A stretch of 63,181 nucleotides of DNA, filler included, from Reticulomyxa filosa (Eukaryota; Protista; Foraminifera): the NCBI GenBank assembly GCA_000512085.1. It is 23 parts of 23 records of this genome, joined end to end, with 100 filler letters (N's around TTAATTAATTAA, not from the genome) between each part and the next. Parts side by side here need not be neighbours in the genome. Positions count along the whole stretch, not along the records: positions 45,529 to 46,817 come from ASPP01021603.1; positions 46,918 to 48,647 come from ASPP01033016.1; positions 48,748 to 52,395 come from ASPP01025334.1; positions 52,496 to 53,879 come from ASPP01001426.1; positions 53,980 to 55,131 come from ASPP01032850.1; positions 55,232 to 56,853 come from ASPP01035846.1; positions 56,954 to 60,720 come from ASPP01019830.1; 16 more parts are not named here. One strand, given 5' to 3'. Of the stretch, positions 46,361 through 59,900 are shown one piece after another (within the stretch, counting starts at the first letter, position 1; every line of letters starts with the position of its first letter). Under the pieces are notes generated by a model. It had not been told where the DNA came from. It saw nothing but the letters and a program-made list of their open reading frames with translations, and ran no database searches. Position numbers and translations under genes: made by a program.

Positions 46361-46740
46361 GTCGTCGGTTCTGCGTCTTGTGTGTTGTGTGACTGTGAGA
46401 GGTGGAAGTGCTTTAAAACTTACAGCGTATGTTTACCTCAGTTGCCTTAAGTGTACCGAGGTGCAAACTACTGGTAATTGAGATAGTAACTCATTTACGG
46501 CAACGGGCGGCTTGTGTGAGAGGGTATCGATCCTAGCTAGCATTAAGGGTGTTTGACGCCTTTCGGGTAATTGGAATCTCGAGACAAATAGCAGTCTTTT
46601 GTTTTTGGCAGAACTCCGAGGATTGGGTAACTTCTACTGAACCTCGGGCAAAACAGAAACACACTTGCTGATAACAAGGCTTGTGAAAGCGTCCGAACGG
46701 TCGAGGCAAGGTGTCTTTACCTCAAGTTGTTCACAACGAC
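46361..46740 (+). ncRNA. Candidate ~380-nt structured RNA (unassigned)
   Basis: Closing helix 46399-46414/46708-46723 rich in G-U; GTTGCC/GGCAAC; GCAA tetraloop hairpin; AAGGGTGT/ACGCCTTT; CCGAGG/CCTCGG. Confidence 0.45.
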
Positions 46741-47975
46741 GAAAAGAAAGCTAATGAGATTACATTCGAGAAGATGTGGAAAAAGAATATGAAAACTTGA
46801 CGACAATTTCTTTGCTCNNNNNNNNNNNNNNNNNNNNNNNNNNNNNNNNNNNNNNNNNNNNTTAATTAATTAANNNNNNNNNNNNNNNNNNNNNNNNNNN
46901 NNNNNNNNNNNNNNNNNATATTTTTTTCCAATTGTCATTTTTTTTTATTTTTCATTTTCCAATCTTTTCTTTTTTTTTTTTAATTCTAATTCTTTTTTTT
47001 TTTCTATTCTCAAATAAAATTTTTTTCTCTTTTTTTTCCATTTTTTTCCAATATCTTTTTTTTTCTTCAAATTTTTCCAATATCTTTTTTTTTCCTCAAT
47101 TTTTCCCTCCCTTTTTTTCCCTCCACCACTTTTTTCCCCCCATTTCTCTTCCCACAAATTCTCCCCTTCTCAAATAAAAAATAAAAATAAAAAACAAAAA
47201 AACTTTCAATCTTTTGCTATTGTTCCTATGAACATACACAAATTAAAATAAATTTTTCATTTTTAAAAAACAAAACAAAAACATACTTTGATCGTGGGGC
47301 TTGAAGCTCCAATTCCAATATATCTATTTTTTTATTTCTTGTCACAAGGGGGGAGGGGGCATAATTTTTTTTTTGTGGGGGCATGCCTATTCACAACACA
47401 AACAAGCATTTGATAAAAAATTAAAAAAATAAAATAAAAATGGACCTTTTCATTTTTTTTTGAATGCAGGGGTGGCTTCAACCCCGATATTTTTCTTTGG
47501 AGTGGGGACGTATAATTTTTTTTTTTTGACATAGGGCTGCGGCTGTAATGGAAAAAATACATAATATCATCATGTCAAAAAAAAAAATAGATAACAAACC
47601 ATATTTTCTCCTTGCGGAGACGGGGGGCCTTACCCCATTTTCTTTTTCTTTTGTTGAATGATGCACAGCATCCGAATAAAAACACCATTTTTTTTTTCAA
47701 ATGGACTGTCTGTTGAAAAAAGAAAACCACTTTTCTTTAAGTTGCAAAATTATTTTAAAAAACAAAAAAGAAATACCAGTGGAAGAGGGTGTAATCACCC
47801 TAATTGCGAGCTGGTACTGTATAGAGACGACAACAAAAAAAAAGACCTTTTTTTTCAATTAAAGCGTAAACGCACAACTCATAAATGTCATAAAAAAGAT
47901 GCAAATTTTGCAATTTTTTTTGACGTTTTGACATTTTTGACAAAAAGATTTGAAAAAAAGAATTGTTAAAATTTT

Positions 47976-48647
47976 TGTATAGTATTTCTATAATTGTGAT
48001 TCCAAAAAATGGATTAATTACAAAAAATTGAAAAATAATTAATCATTACAAAAAAACATTTTGATTTTCCTTGAGTAATGATTTTTCTACTGAAGAGAAA
48101 AAGTTTTCCCTTTTCAGAAAGAATTCTCTTGGACATTACGAATGTGGTTTTAGCTCTCTTCAAACAATCTAACAACCCAACGTAGATAACATGGAGAGCT
48201 CCTTCACCAATGCTCTCCTCTTAAAATGCAACAGCTGCCGAAAAAGAAAGAGAACAATCAGTGTAAGCCCAACACACCCAAAACAACACATCATCGAAAA
48301 AAAGCTGTCATCACGGCCCAAGCAAATATGCTTGCCTATTGTGGTCTCTTCTGACATTGACAACATTCAGTTTGACGTGTACATCTATCTTCACAGTCAA
48401 GAGAGAACATCAATTTTTTGGTTTCATTTAACTTGTTTAGCAGGGTCATGTTTTTATGTATTTTTTATCGCCTTATTGTGACCAAACTCATTTCAAAACA
48501 TTTCAAATTTAATATTTTAATACACTGACTATCCAGAATACTCGTTATCTTATAAAAAAGGATTTTGAAAAGCGAGTCATAACAAAATTGGCAATGATTC
48601 AATTTGAAAAGTTTCTCTTTTTTGGAATTATTATCAATGAGAAAAAG
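47976..48647 (+). repeat. Dispersed repeat copy B
   Basis: Homologous to the reverse complement of 42110-42767. Confidence 0.85.
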
Positions 48648-49189
48648 NNNNNNNNNNNNNNNNNNNNNNNNNNNNNNNNNNNNNNNNNNNNTTAATTAAT
48701 TAANNNNNNNNNNNNNNNNNNNNNNNNNNNNNNNNNNNNNNNNNNNNAAATAAGAAAATCTTTTCTAGTTTGACTGTCACATTAAAGACTGGATTTTGTT
48801 GATCAACACATTGCAAAAACTAATTTGCTACCTTCTTTCATTGATAAATGTATTTGTGTTTTTTACACACAAACAAATAACATGCTTTAGCGATTGTTGA
48901 ATCTTTTTATTTATTCTTTCTTTTCTTTTGTCATGTGCAAAAAAAATTTGAAAAATATTCTTGCCTATTGTCGTTCACGCTTTTATATTTTTTCGAAATG
49001 GATAAATAGCATTTCAATGACATACACAACAAAACACAAAATATTACAACGAAGCAACGAAACCATTTGCATTCATAACACTAAATATTTCTTTTGTATT
49101 TCAAAAAAAAGAAAAAGTATTTTACTCCAATTTGCACCAAGTTTTTTTTAGTATGTTTTGGGGGAAAGTAGATTACAAAATTTCATTAC

Positions 49190-49412
49190 AAAGTGTCCAT
49201 TTAAATAAATATCACTTAAATACTTACAGATAAACTTGTATTTGTTTTTGTATGTAAGAATAATAACCTCTTTTCTCAAGACATCCATAAATGAGAAGTT
49301 CATTTGTAGAAAGTAGAGTGAGCAAAATCTTCAATTTTTGAAAGTGAGTCGAAGTAATAAGAATCTGACAATAACATCTAATTGAATAAATTTGAACGGG
49401 TTTTGGAAGCAT
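49190..49412 (-). pseudogene. Kelch-family pseudogene fragment
   Basis: TSTHFQKLK...ELLIYG...RGYYSY..YKFICKY, a degenerate copy of the 36607-37231 family. Confidence 0.6.
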
Positions 49413-51599
49413 GAGTCTAATGGCAGATACGTCGAGTCAGAATCTATTTCAACATTGTAAACGATATATATATCCACCATTACCAATCCCTAAGAGGGGT
49501 AATTAATATAACACCACTTGAGCATTATTGTGTGGCAAGACGTTGTACAAAAGTGTGGCCACTACGAACACCATTTTCCATTTATTGACGACTTGCACAC
49601 ACTTTAAAAAAAAAGGACTCCAAAACTCTACTATTTTATGTAAATGTTTATGACACACGAATGTATATACAACAGTATTTCTAAACATTTGATTCGCAAA
49701 ATTAATGATGCCGTGGATGTTGTTAAAAATCTAACAATCAGTTTTGGCTCCAAATTGGACATCAAAAATATATCCACTGACATCACTCCAAAATTAGCAA
49801 ACAAGTATTGCACATATGCACTCCTTTTGTCTTTATTTGTGTGGCATTCCTCTACTATTTTGTAACTTTTTAGTTTTTACCATTTACACAATCTTATTTT
49901 TTATTTTTTTTTAAGAGCTTAAGACGACTTTCCATTGAATAGTAAATTAGCTTGAAATATATTATCAATACTTAGTTTCAAACGATCTGAAGAATCGATT
50001 GAAGAACTAGATTTGTATATTGCATGCAAATAACAAGTGTCAATTAATTACTAAAAAAATTTACATTTCCTAATCATTCTGTTTGCGTTTGAAGGAATAT
50101 TCTCTTATTCACAAAAGAGACTGTCTTATTTCATTGATATACCTGAAAAGCATCTTACACAAATTCATTATTTTCTAATGAAATTGAAATTATTGTATAA
50201 GCTGTGATATCAATTTTTCTAAAACATGACTTGTGCATAACAATTTTTTAGAGTATAGAAAAACGAATTCTCAGCAAATATAGAGTAGTTTTTGTGCATT
50301 CTGGAGTGAAAGATAAAAATCTTTGTCAGCAAAATTTTTTGAACTTAATTGGAAATAAAAAATAAATTCCTTGGAAAATCTAGTGATAAATTAGCTCTAG
50401 TTAAAAGTCAAATTATTTAGGTTTTTACTTTGTTAACAATTCATTTCATCAAACGAAGTTGAAAATCTATTAATTCTTGTAGTATTTAGGAAGAAATCTA
50501 GTATTGATCATGTTATCAACTCCATTTTTTGTAAAGTGCTGAATCTTCAAAAATATTAGAAATAAATGTTGTATTAATTTTCATTCAAATATTTATTTGC
50601 TGTTATTATTTTATACAGGTAACTACATTCTTCATACTTGATATAGTTCGTTTATCATCCAAATTTCAAATGTGTTGAAATTCAATCATTTCAATATTGT
50701 AATCATCGTCATCAAGTCATTTATTCAATATCAATTAACACAAATATTCGTTTTTGTTGTTTCAAAGATAGTCATCCATTACAAACACTAATGGACATAC
50801 TGATGGTATTTAATTTTCACAATTTGATTGTGGTCAATATATGTTCTGGATCATCTCACAATACTGTTTGTGGATCATTCATTAAATGAAAAAACGCATT
50901 ATGTTTACTTGAATTGCAAATGAATAAAAAATGATATTCTTTACATTCATTAGTGAATTAAAATAGATCTTATTCAAATGAAAAAAACAATGTTCTATTT
51001 GCATTAATTTTTTAATGCACATTTTTATTTTTTTCTTCGTTGTTTGACCATCTGGAAATACTAATTGTTTTATTATTTGATGATTATACAATCATTGTAC
51101 TTGTATATCTTGATCATTACACCATCATAAAATTGAAAGGTGTTATCTTCATCATATTTGATTAATAATACTATATTACCACAAAGCAATAAAACTATAT
51201 ATTATTATTAGTTGGTAACTTACAATATTTAAAAATTGAAATGAGTTTAAATTAAACACAGTAATATTATTTCGAATGATTGCCACTTCAACCGATCACT
51301 ACAGGTACTCATTTATAATTATTTTCTATCTTCCAATGTGATTGAACAATTGTGACTATTATGGAAGGAATCCATTGATTCCATACACTTATGTCTTTTT
51401 TCTCCGTTTTAGTTGAAATTTTAGATACGCTCCAGTTTTTTTGGAGTAGGAACATTAGAAAATATCTTTTGTTAATAAATGGATTTGGTGCAATATTTGT
51501 ACATAATAATATATTTTAGGTAAGAATTCGATCCTGAAAAAAATACTTTTTATTTAATATTCAATGGCAAAGCTTATATAATTTAAATTCATATCGATA

Positions 51600-51903
51600 T
51601 ATTAATCACAATATCTTACCAACAAATTATGATTGGATATTATACCGTTCTTTTATATCAAATATATATTATAAAGATAGAATGTATTTATTTTATAAAC
51701 ACATAGATCTAATCATTGATTATAATGAAGGTACAAATACATTTCAATTTCATAAAATATCTCCTTTTGATGATATTCTATCTTTTAATGAATATTCATG
51801 TTTATGTATCAGTAATTCTATTTTATTTTTTGGTGGATCAAAGAATTGTATTGATTCAAAGAAAATTATTTCAAATAATGTATATAAAAAAAGGATATTG
51901 TAA
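51600..51903 (+). pseudogene. Kelch-family fragment
   Basis: IDYNEGTNTFQFH...FNEYSCLCISNSILFFGG. Confidence 0.5.
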
Positions 51904-52159
51904 TGACACATAAGAAAACAAAATTAGAAATATGGTCGAATAAAGGACAAAATGAACAAATTAAAAAATATCATCAACAAGAAAAATTATTACACGTAAA
52001 AGAAAATAATATAAATAATTTAGATTTTACAAAACATAGTAGTGAAGATGGATAAAATCAAATGCAGAAGCAGTTTTACTTCAACTTCAAAATAAACAAC
52101 AATGTCCTAAAACAAAACTATTTGATTATACAATTAATTATTTTCAAGAAAATTTACAA

Positions 52160-52395
52160 TTGTTTATTAATATGTTTGGATTTATTCATTCTTTTAATGT
52201 TATTTTATATAATTGGTTAGGATTTATTTATAATGATAGACAAGAATACAGTAAAGCAATTGAATGTTTTGAAATGGCATTAAAAATAAGTTTGGATATT
52301 TTTGGAATAAATCATATTTGGGTGGATAATATAAATGTGTATTTAGCAGTTGTGAATAGTAGTAAACGACAATATATTAAAGCTATACAATACAG
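52160..52395 (+). CDS. TPR (kinesin-light-chain-like 42-aa repeat) fragment
   Basis: YNWLGFIY.DRQEYSKAIECFEMALKI.LDIFGINH. Confidence 0.65.
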
Positions 52396-54740
52396 NNNNN
52401 NNNNNNNNNNNNNNNNNNNNNNNNNNNNNNNNNNNNNNNTTAATTAATTAANNNNNNNNNNNNNNNNNNNNNNNNNNNNNNNNNNNNNNNNNNNNATTAC
52501 TTAATCCCCAATTGTATACGATAAATTGAATCTTTTCTTCTTCACAAAAAATAAAATAATAAAAAAAGTGAAATACTTTCTGAAAGCTTGTAACTTTACA
52601 AAAGTCTACTTATTTATCTTTTTTTACAAATGCAGTGGAACAACGATCTTGATAATTTTTCTTCTAATATGTTGTAAATAGCAATTCTACTTTATGGTCA
52701 ATTTCTTTATGATTATTAGACATTTTTTGATTTTTCTGCTGTTGATTCAATGAAATAACAAAATACGAATTTTAATCTGTACAAAAAAAATCCTTTGAAC
52801 GTGATTGATTAAATTAATTATGTAAAACTAGTTTTACTTTCTTTGGCATCATTCATTTCATAAGGTAGACTATCTTTGATGTGCCAATTCCAAATCAATA
52901 ACTATTTGCAAAATTCTTTTTTACGTTGCATTGCATAACTACAAAACAAATATTTTTTGTGTAAAATTACTGCAAGACTATCCGGGAGCGGGGATAATAT
53001 GCCAACTAGTTTTGGAGCACTTAATCGAAACAATGTGAAAGAAAGTGATAATATAAAATAATAAATAAAGAAAGTTATGCGAAGACGCATGAAAAATTGT
53101 ACAAATGTTGACTTAAATGGCTTCTAATATCACAAAAACATTTATGGTTAAATTCATTAATGATGCAATTGTATTAATTATATCGTCATAAACTAATTTT
53201 TTGACTGTAACAATTTTTTTTTTAGAATTGATGAAAACATGTTTGTAAATAGTGTTTTATTTTTTAAGTTATTGTGCTTTTGCAAGTAAATGTTTTTTTA
53301 ATTTAGCAATGGAAAAAGTTTTGCTTTTTATTTATAAAAACTTTTTTTGTGTCATTATCATTTTTGATTTTGTAATTTAAAATGGAGCTTAAACCTAAAA
53401 TTTGAATATTTTATTGATTTTTGAAAATTTTCGAGAAAAAGTTTATAACTTTTTTTAAAAGCTTTTTCAGAAAGTACGTATACATAGATATTTTTTGAAA
53501 TAAAAAAAAGATTATGTGTAAGAAGAAAATTGATCATATATATAAAGTGATGTTTCATTTGTCAAATTTCTTTTTCGAATGAAAAATCTTATTTAAAACT
53601 ATTATTATGTAATTAGTCATAACAATTTGTAAAAAGATCATAACATCAATTTTCTTTTAGTAAAACTCAGGATCCAGGTAAAACTAATTTGTCGAATCCT
53701 TAAAATCAATTATATATGATTTGTGAAATAATAATTATAGTATAGAAAAGCAAAATTGAGGACATAAAGTTTAATTAAAAAAATGAAAATTGAAAAACAA
53801 ATAAAATAATATAAAAACTGATTATTAGTATTTTAAAAAGTGATATGTTTAAATCAATTAATTTTGAAAAAATTTTTTGNNNNNNNNNNNNNNNNNNNNN
53901 NNNNNNNNNNNNNNNNNNNNNNNTTAATTAATTAANNNNNNNNNNNNNNNNNNNNNNNNNNNNNNNNNNNNNNNNNNNNTTGGATTTAATTCTTCATTAT
54001 TATGGATTTGTAAAAAAAAAAAATGGAGATTCTTGATCATAGAAATCCAATGGATCATCATGACAATCTAATGGCTGATCGTAAAAAGGTCAGAGATGAT
54101 TGTTTTCTTTTCGGATATGTTATCGTTCATTCAGCTTTGACAGAGAGTTATAATTGCAGGAAAAATTTGAAATTTAAAGCGCATGGCGCTCCAGAATGCT
54201 TCTTTGAAATATCAAAAACAAAGAAATTTTGCAAAAAACAAAAGCGAGAAAAATGTATTGAAAAACCCTATCAAACTCGTACTTTTCATGGAAAATCAAA
54301 CGACATAAAATTGAGATCCAATCATCAAACATACGCGCGAATGAGACTACGCATTTGAAATTAGATACAACCATTTGAATATCATCTTTCTGTGTAGTTA
54401 ATTGCATGTGGTTTATTATACTCTAAAAAATTGTTACTAAAGTCGTTTAAAATTTTTCCTAATACTGTCATTCATATGAATTCTATAACAAACTTTTCAT
54501 TTTCAACTATTATTAATTTTATGTTGAAAATATCTGAAACTGTTACTAAATGGCAAGCAAATGTCGAAATTATTTTCCTAAGGGGTAAATGTACATTAAA
54601 AAAATTTCTCAACCTGTAAATTATGGCGCTATTCTAATGTTGGAAGCCGTTCAAAAAAAAAAACTCTAAGATAAATTTTTATTCCCCATAATACTTAATT
54701 ATTTGTTTAAAAAAGAAAGAAACAATATTAGCTATAAATA

Positions 54741-55131
54741 TCAACTTCCATTTTTAGAAAAGGATATATAATTTGAAACATTGTATAACGTCAAAGTATT
54801 TTTTTTAGACTCCCATGTTTTCTCTTTCATTGAATATTTATACATATTCTTTGTTCTTTGCGATGTGTTATCGTTGTATCCTCCAAATAAAAATATAAAA
54901 TCGTAAAGATACATAAATGCATAACCATTGAAATTATTCAAAGCAGTACAAATTGGTAATTTTGATAATGAAATGATTTGTTTTGTTCATCATATTTTAT
55001 TAATAATCCTGTGTTTCGACAAAATAATATGAAATTATTCACCAATTTTTCATCATTCATTGCCAATGGCACAAAACAATGATAATTAATTCCAAATTTA
55101 TGTTTTTCTCTTGGAATAATGTTATCTTTGA
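54741..55131 (-). pseudogene. Kelch-family fragment
   Basis: FNGYAFMYLYDFIFLFGGY...MYKYSMKEKTW. Confidence 0.55.
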
Positions 55132-55231
55132 NNNNNNNNNNNNNNNNNNNNNNNNNNNNNNNNNNNNNNNNNNNNTTAATTAATTAANNNNNNNNNNNNN
55201 NNNNNNNNNNNNNNNNNNNNNNNNNNNNNNN

Positions 55232-56853
55232 AAAGCAAAGACGAAGAAGAAGACGAGCTTTTTGTCAGTTCTTTGAACCCTCTGCTCATTGGCACGAATA
55301 AGCATAATACTTTTACTGTTATTGCTGTTTGTGCTGCCGGTACGATGAACTCACCAAACAAGGCAAACTTGGCAACAAGCAAAGTCACGCAGATGGGTTC
55401 TGGCACAATTAGAGGACAGACTTCGAGACATACAGTCTGGCGAACCTACTACCAAGGGTTTGATACTGCGTTGTTTCGTTTGTTTCCTCTATCTCTTGTT
55501 CGCTGTTCTTTCAATATAATAATATGATATATTCATGCATATATAATGTATAGTTGTATGTGCATTTGCATCGATAAAACAGGCCAATTACAAGAGATAT
55601 CCCGAGTGTTATGGGCACTTTGCCAAAAGAAAGAACAAGAATGTCAGACGCCTCAAGTGACCTTTGACTTGGCGGAATATCAAAACGAGTGCTTCCAAAG
55701 AGCGATTTTTGACTACATTTCCAAACCGTCACGTTCACAGCATCCAAAAGGCGTGATTACCACTTTGCTCAAAAAGCCGATTTCAAGCGACGCAAGTGCA
55801 AATGCAAATATGACAGCAGGCAGTTATTTGAGATTGGCGTTGGCCGTCTTGGGCTCGCAAAAGGAACGATCCGTGACCACTGTTAAAGATATCCTTTATA
55901 ACGATCAAACTGTGCCAGTGTCAATCGCTGGTTCCAAGAAATGAACACCTATGCACATGAGACGCAACACAAAAAAATTATTTGTGGCTTGGTTGCTTTG
56001 ATGCATTACAACTTTGAAGAAAAGGTTGATCCTGTTATTCAAACTTTGATCAAATATTTATATATACGTATATATGTATGTCTTTTTTTTCCTCCTTCCT
56101 TCAGACGACGGTGTAACCATTCGCTACGGCGGGTGCTATACCATTGGCTTGGCCTATGCCTTCACTGCAAATAACCAAGACATTTCCAAACTGCTCCACT
56201 TGGCCGTGAGCGATGTCAGCAACTCGTATAATACCAATATGGTGCCGCTGCCATTGACATTGACTGTGCATGTATTTATTAATACATATACAATTACATA
56301 TTTACATATGTATATGTACATTTATATACTTATCATAATGTAATGTTTATTGATATATTGTAAAAAAAAGGAACTGGAGATCCTCAGGACATATCGATAA
56401 TTCGCAAGACAGCTGATGAAGACCAGCAAACTATATGAAGCAAGAGGCAATGATCAACTTGGGAATGCTGTTACAGCAACAAAACGAAAAGGAAGCCCCC
56501 AAATTAAAGCCATTCTCAACGAGGTGTTAATGAAGGCAATCCAAAGCAACCACGAATCTTTCATGACCTAGACCGGAGCCATTTACAGCCTGGACATTAT
56601 GGACGCATGTGGTCGAAATGCCACCATCTCTTTGTGCGCAAAAGGAACTCAGAAAAAAGTGAATGTCATTTTAGTTTTGATCTTTATATACACATCATTG
56701 GTCGAAATAATAATTTGATTTGATTTGTTTGTTTGTTTTGCATGCAGGTATGACAGTGTTTTGGTAACATTAGTATTGGTATCCATTGGTACCATTCATC
56801 AGCTTAAGTTTTGAGCCGACAATGGTAATGGCATTGAATAGTGACTTGGCGAT
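55232..56853 (+). pseudogene. RPN2: Unprocessed pseudogene of 26S proteasome subunit RPN2/PSMD1
   Basis: TYAHETQH.KII.GL, IRYGGCYTIGLAY..TANN..I.KLLHLAVSDVS, GAI..LDIMDACGRNATISL, YWYPL..FISLSF.PT; internal stops, frameshifts and deletions; introns retained. Confidence 0.8.
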
Positions 56854-56953
56854 NNNNNNNNNNNNNNNNNNNNNNNNNNNNNNNNNNNNNNNNNNNNTTA
56901 ATTAATTAANNNNNNNNNNNNNNNNNNNNNNNNNNNNNNNNNNNNNNNNNNNN

Positions 56954-59900
56954 AAAGGAAGACGACAAGACAAAACAAGACGAGAACTGGTATGACAAAT
57001 TTCTAGAAAAAACACAAAAAGGAGCGAAGACAGCAAAGAAGACCCAACGAAAGCATCGCGGTCGTGTATGCTACGTTGACCCGAACGAATTATTTCCGCA
57101 AGCGACGTATTATGTATCCCAACAAGTGCAACGGCCAAACTACTACGCAGAAACCCACGAACAAGAGGAGATATCGGTGTCTTCGACAATGGAGAAAGTC
57201 GTGCACTCGGAAGATGGTATGAAATGAAGGAGAAAAAAAAAATTTCCTTCACTTCTATCACTTTTTTTCCTAAAACAGTTATACGTATTAACTTTCTTAA
57301 TAAATAAAATAAAAAGAAGAGGAAGAAGCAATAACAACACCAATAATGGAAGCAAAAGCAGACGACAAAGGAACGGATAAGGTGGATGCACCATTGTTGG
57401 TATTAACGGACACGTTGATTTCGGACGCAAAAGGATCGATGGATACGCATGAAACGAAGGAATCAGCAAATCAAGGCGACACAATCCAGTCTCAAGCAGT
57501 CAATACTGTAACCGAAGACGACTTCGGAAGTCAGAAGAGTTTAAATTATTTTTTTTTTGTGTGTGCATTCTTTTTTTTTCCTTCGTGATCTAATCAAAAC
57601 TTTGTATACGTAAATTAAAAAAAAATGAAAAAGAAAAAGAAAAAGACAAAGACAAAGACAAAGAAAAAAAGACACCAAAAAAAATATGGCACGTGGGATG
57701 GTGTATTTGTGAACGTGTTGATTAGCATTCTTGGTGTGATAATGTTTCTACGACTGGCGTTTGTAGTTGGAGAAACAGGGCTGCCGTACTTTATTCTGAT
57801 TTTATTTTTGTCCACGCTTGCAATGTGCTTGACGACGCTGTCGTTGTCCGCTATTTGTAGCAATGGGCTTCAAAAGGGCGGGGGTGCGTATTACATGGTC
57901 AGTCGTACCATCGGCCCACACATTGGCACGGCGATTGGTCTACTCCTTGGTATCGGTATGAGCATCGGTACTGCATCCTACATCCTCGGCTTCGCCGAAA
58001 CCATGCAATCCAGCATTGGAGTGGTTACAGATTCAGCTATAAATGGTATTTTTTTATCCGTGTGTGTTTATGAGTAGGTGTTATACGTATCTTTTTTTCC
58101 TTCTTAAAATAAAAAAAAAAATCACATAAAAAAAAAGATATTCGACTTTACGGAGTAATCTTGTCGATCATTACGTTGGTGTGGACATTGCTGGGTGTGG
58201 ATTTGTTTATGCAGTCGATGTACTGGTTGATCTTGGTGTTGTTGATATCAATATCGTCGTTTGTGATTGGGTGTTTCCTGCCTCACGAAGATAAAACAGG
58301 ACAGTTGGTTGGCATTAAAGGCTGGACCAATGGCAACTTTCTTGAAAACATGAAGCCGCATTACAACGTTGATGGTGGCATTCGATACGATTTTTGGCAG
58401 GCATTGGCGCTTTTTTTCCGTTTAGATATTTTTTTTAATTATTAAAAAAAAACTCTAAAAAAAAAAAAGAAAATAGACTTTCTTTTTCTGTGTGCGTGTG
58501 GACTTGTACATGTATTTGAAACACAGCCGCTTGCTCTGAGATTTTGGCAGGTGCAAATATTGCTATGGATTTGGTGGATCCTGGAAAAAACATTCCAGAA
58601 GGTAATTTTTTTTAATATATCCTCAAATATGTGTGCACGTATGTTGTGTTGCTATATACAGACGTCGACAACATAAATAAGTAAGTAAATGCAATAATAT
58701 AACGGGATAGGCACATTGGTGGGAATTCTGATAGCATCGTTTATTTATTTGATAATGGGGACCGCTGCCGCCGGTGCGGTTAGTCCGGAAGGGCTGTTGC
58801 ACAATTACTTGTGCATGGTAGACATTGCAGCGTCGCCAGTGTTAGTGTACATTGGAATCTATGCGGCGACGTTCAGCAGTGCACTGAGTGTCCAGTTTTG
58901 TGCTCCGAGAGTGTTCATGTCTGTTGCAAATGACAATGTCTTGCCTTCGCTCAAAATCTTTGGCAAGACCAATTCCAAAGGGGAGCCTGTAGCCGCTGCA
59001 ATCTTGTGTTTCGGTATTTCCGTTGTTTTTGTGCTTATTGGAGATTTGAATATTGTCGCACCTTTAATCACACAGGTTTTCTTCATGCCTTTTATATCAT
59101 CAATCGTATGTGTGATTTTTTTGCAATTTCTTGAAATATTTTTCAAATAAGTTTTTTGTTATCCCTACCAGATGTTCTTAGGATCGTATAGCCTCATATC
59201 GCTGGCTTGTTTTATAATGAGTATCAGTCACTCACCGGGATGGCGTCCGTCTTTCCAATATTCCAACAAATATACAGCTTTCGCGGGGTTCGCACTTTGC
59301 TTGGGCATGATGTTCGCGACTTCGTGGTTTTATGCGTTGATGTGTATCAGTCTGGGCGTGGGCATTTGTGCCTATGTCATACATAAGAAGCCGAATATTT
59401 ATTGGGGATCGGCTTTGGACACCAGAGCCAAATACATAGTGCGATTTTTTTTTATTTTTTTTTAAATGAAAGTGTCCATAAAGATATAATCCATATACGT
59501 ATAATATGTACGTGTAAACAGGCCAATGAGTCAGTGCTAGATTTAGTGGACTATAGATACCACGTGAAAAATTACCAACCTTCGTTTTTAGTGCTGTGCG
59601 GCAATCCGGAGCTGCGGTTGCCTTTGGTAAAGTTTTGCCATACATTGCGACGAGGTAATGGTACGATTGTGTATGGCGATGTGATTTGTGGAAAGTTCCA
59701 GGACAAACTCACATTGCTAAACAATCGCGCCAGTCATTACTTGCCAAAGTATATGAAGATGCGCGCGTTTTATGAGAGATCCATTTCTCCCGATTTGAAA
59801 ACGGGAGCTGAGTCGTTGATGCAATTGGCCGGACTCGGAAAATTGAGATGCGATGTTCTGGTCTTGGGATTTAAAAAAAACTGGAGCGAGTTGCGAAAGC

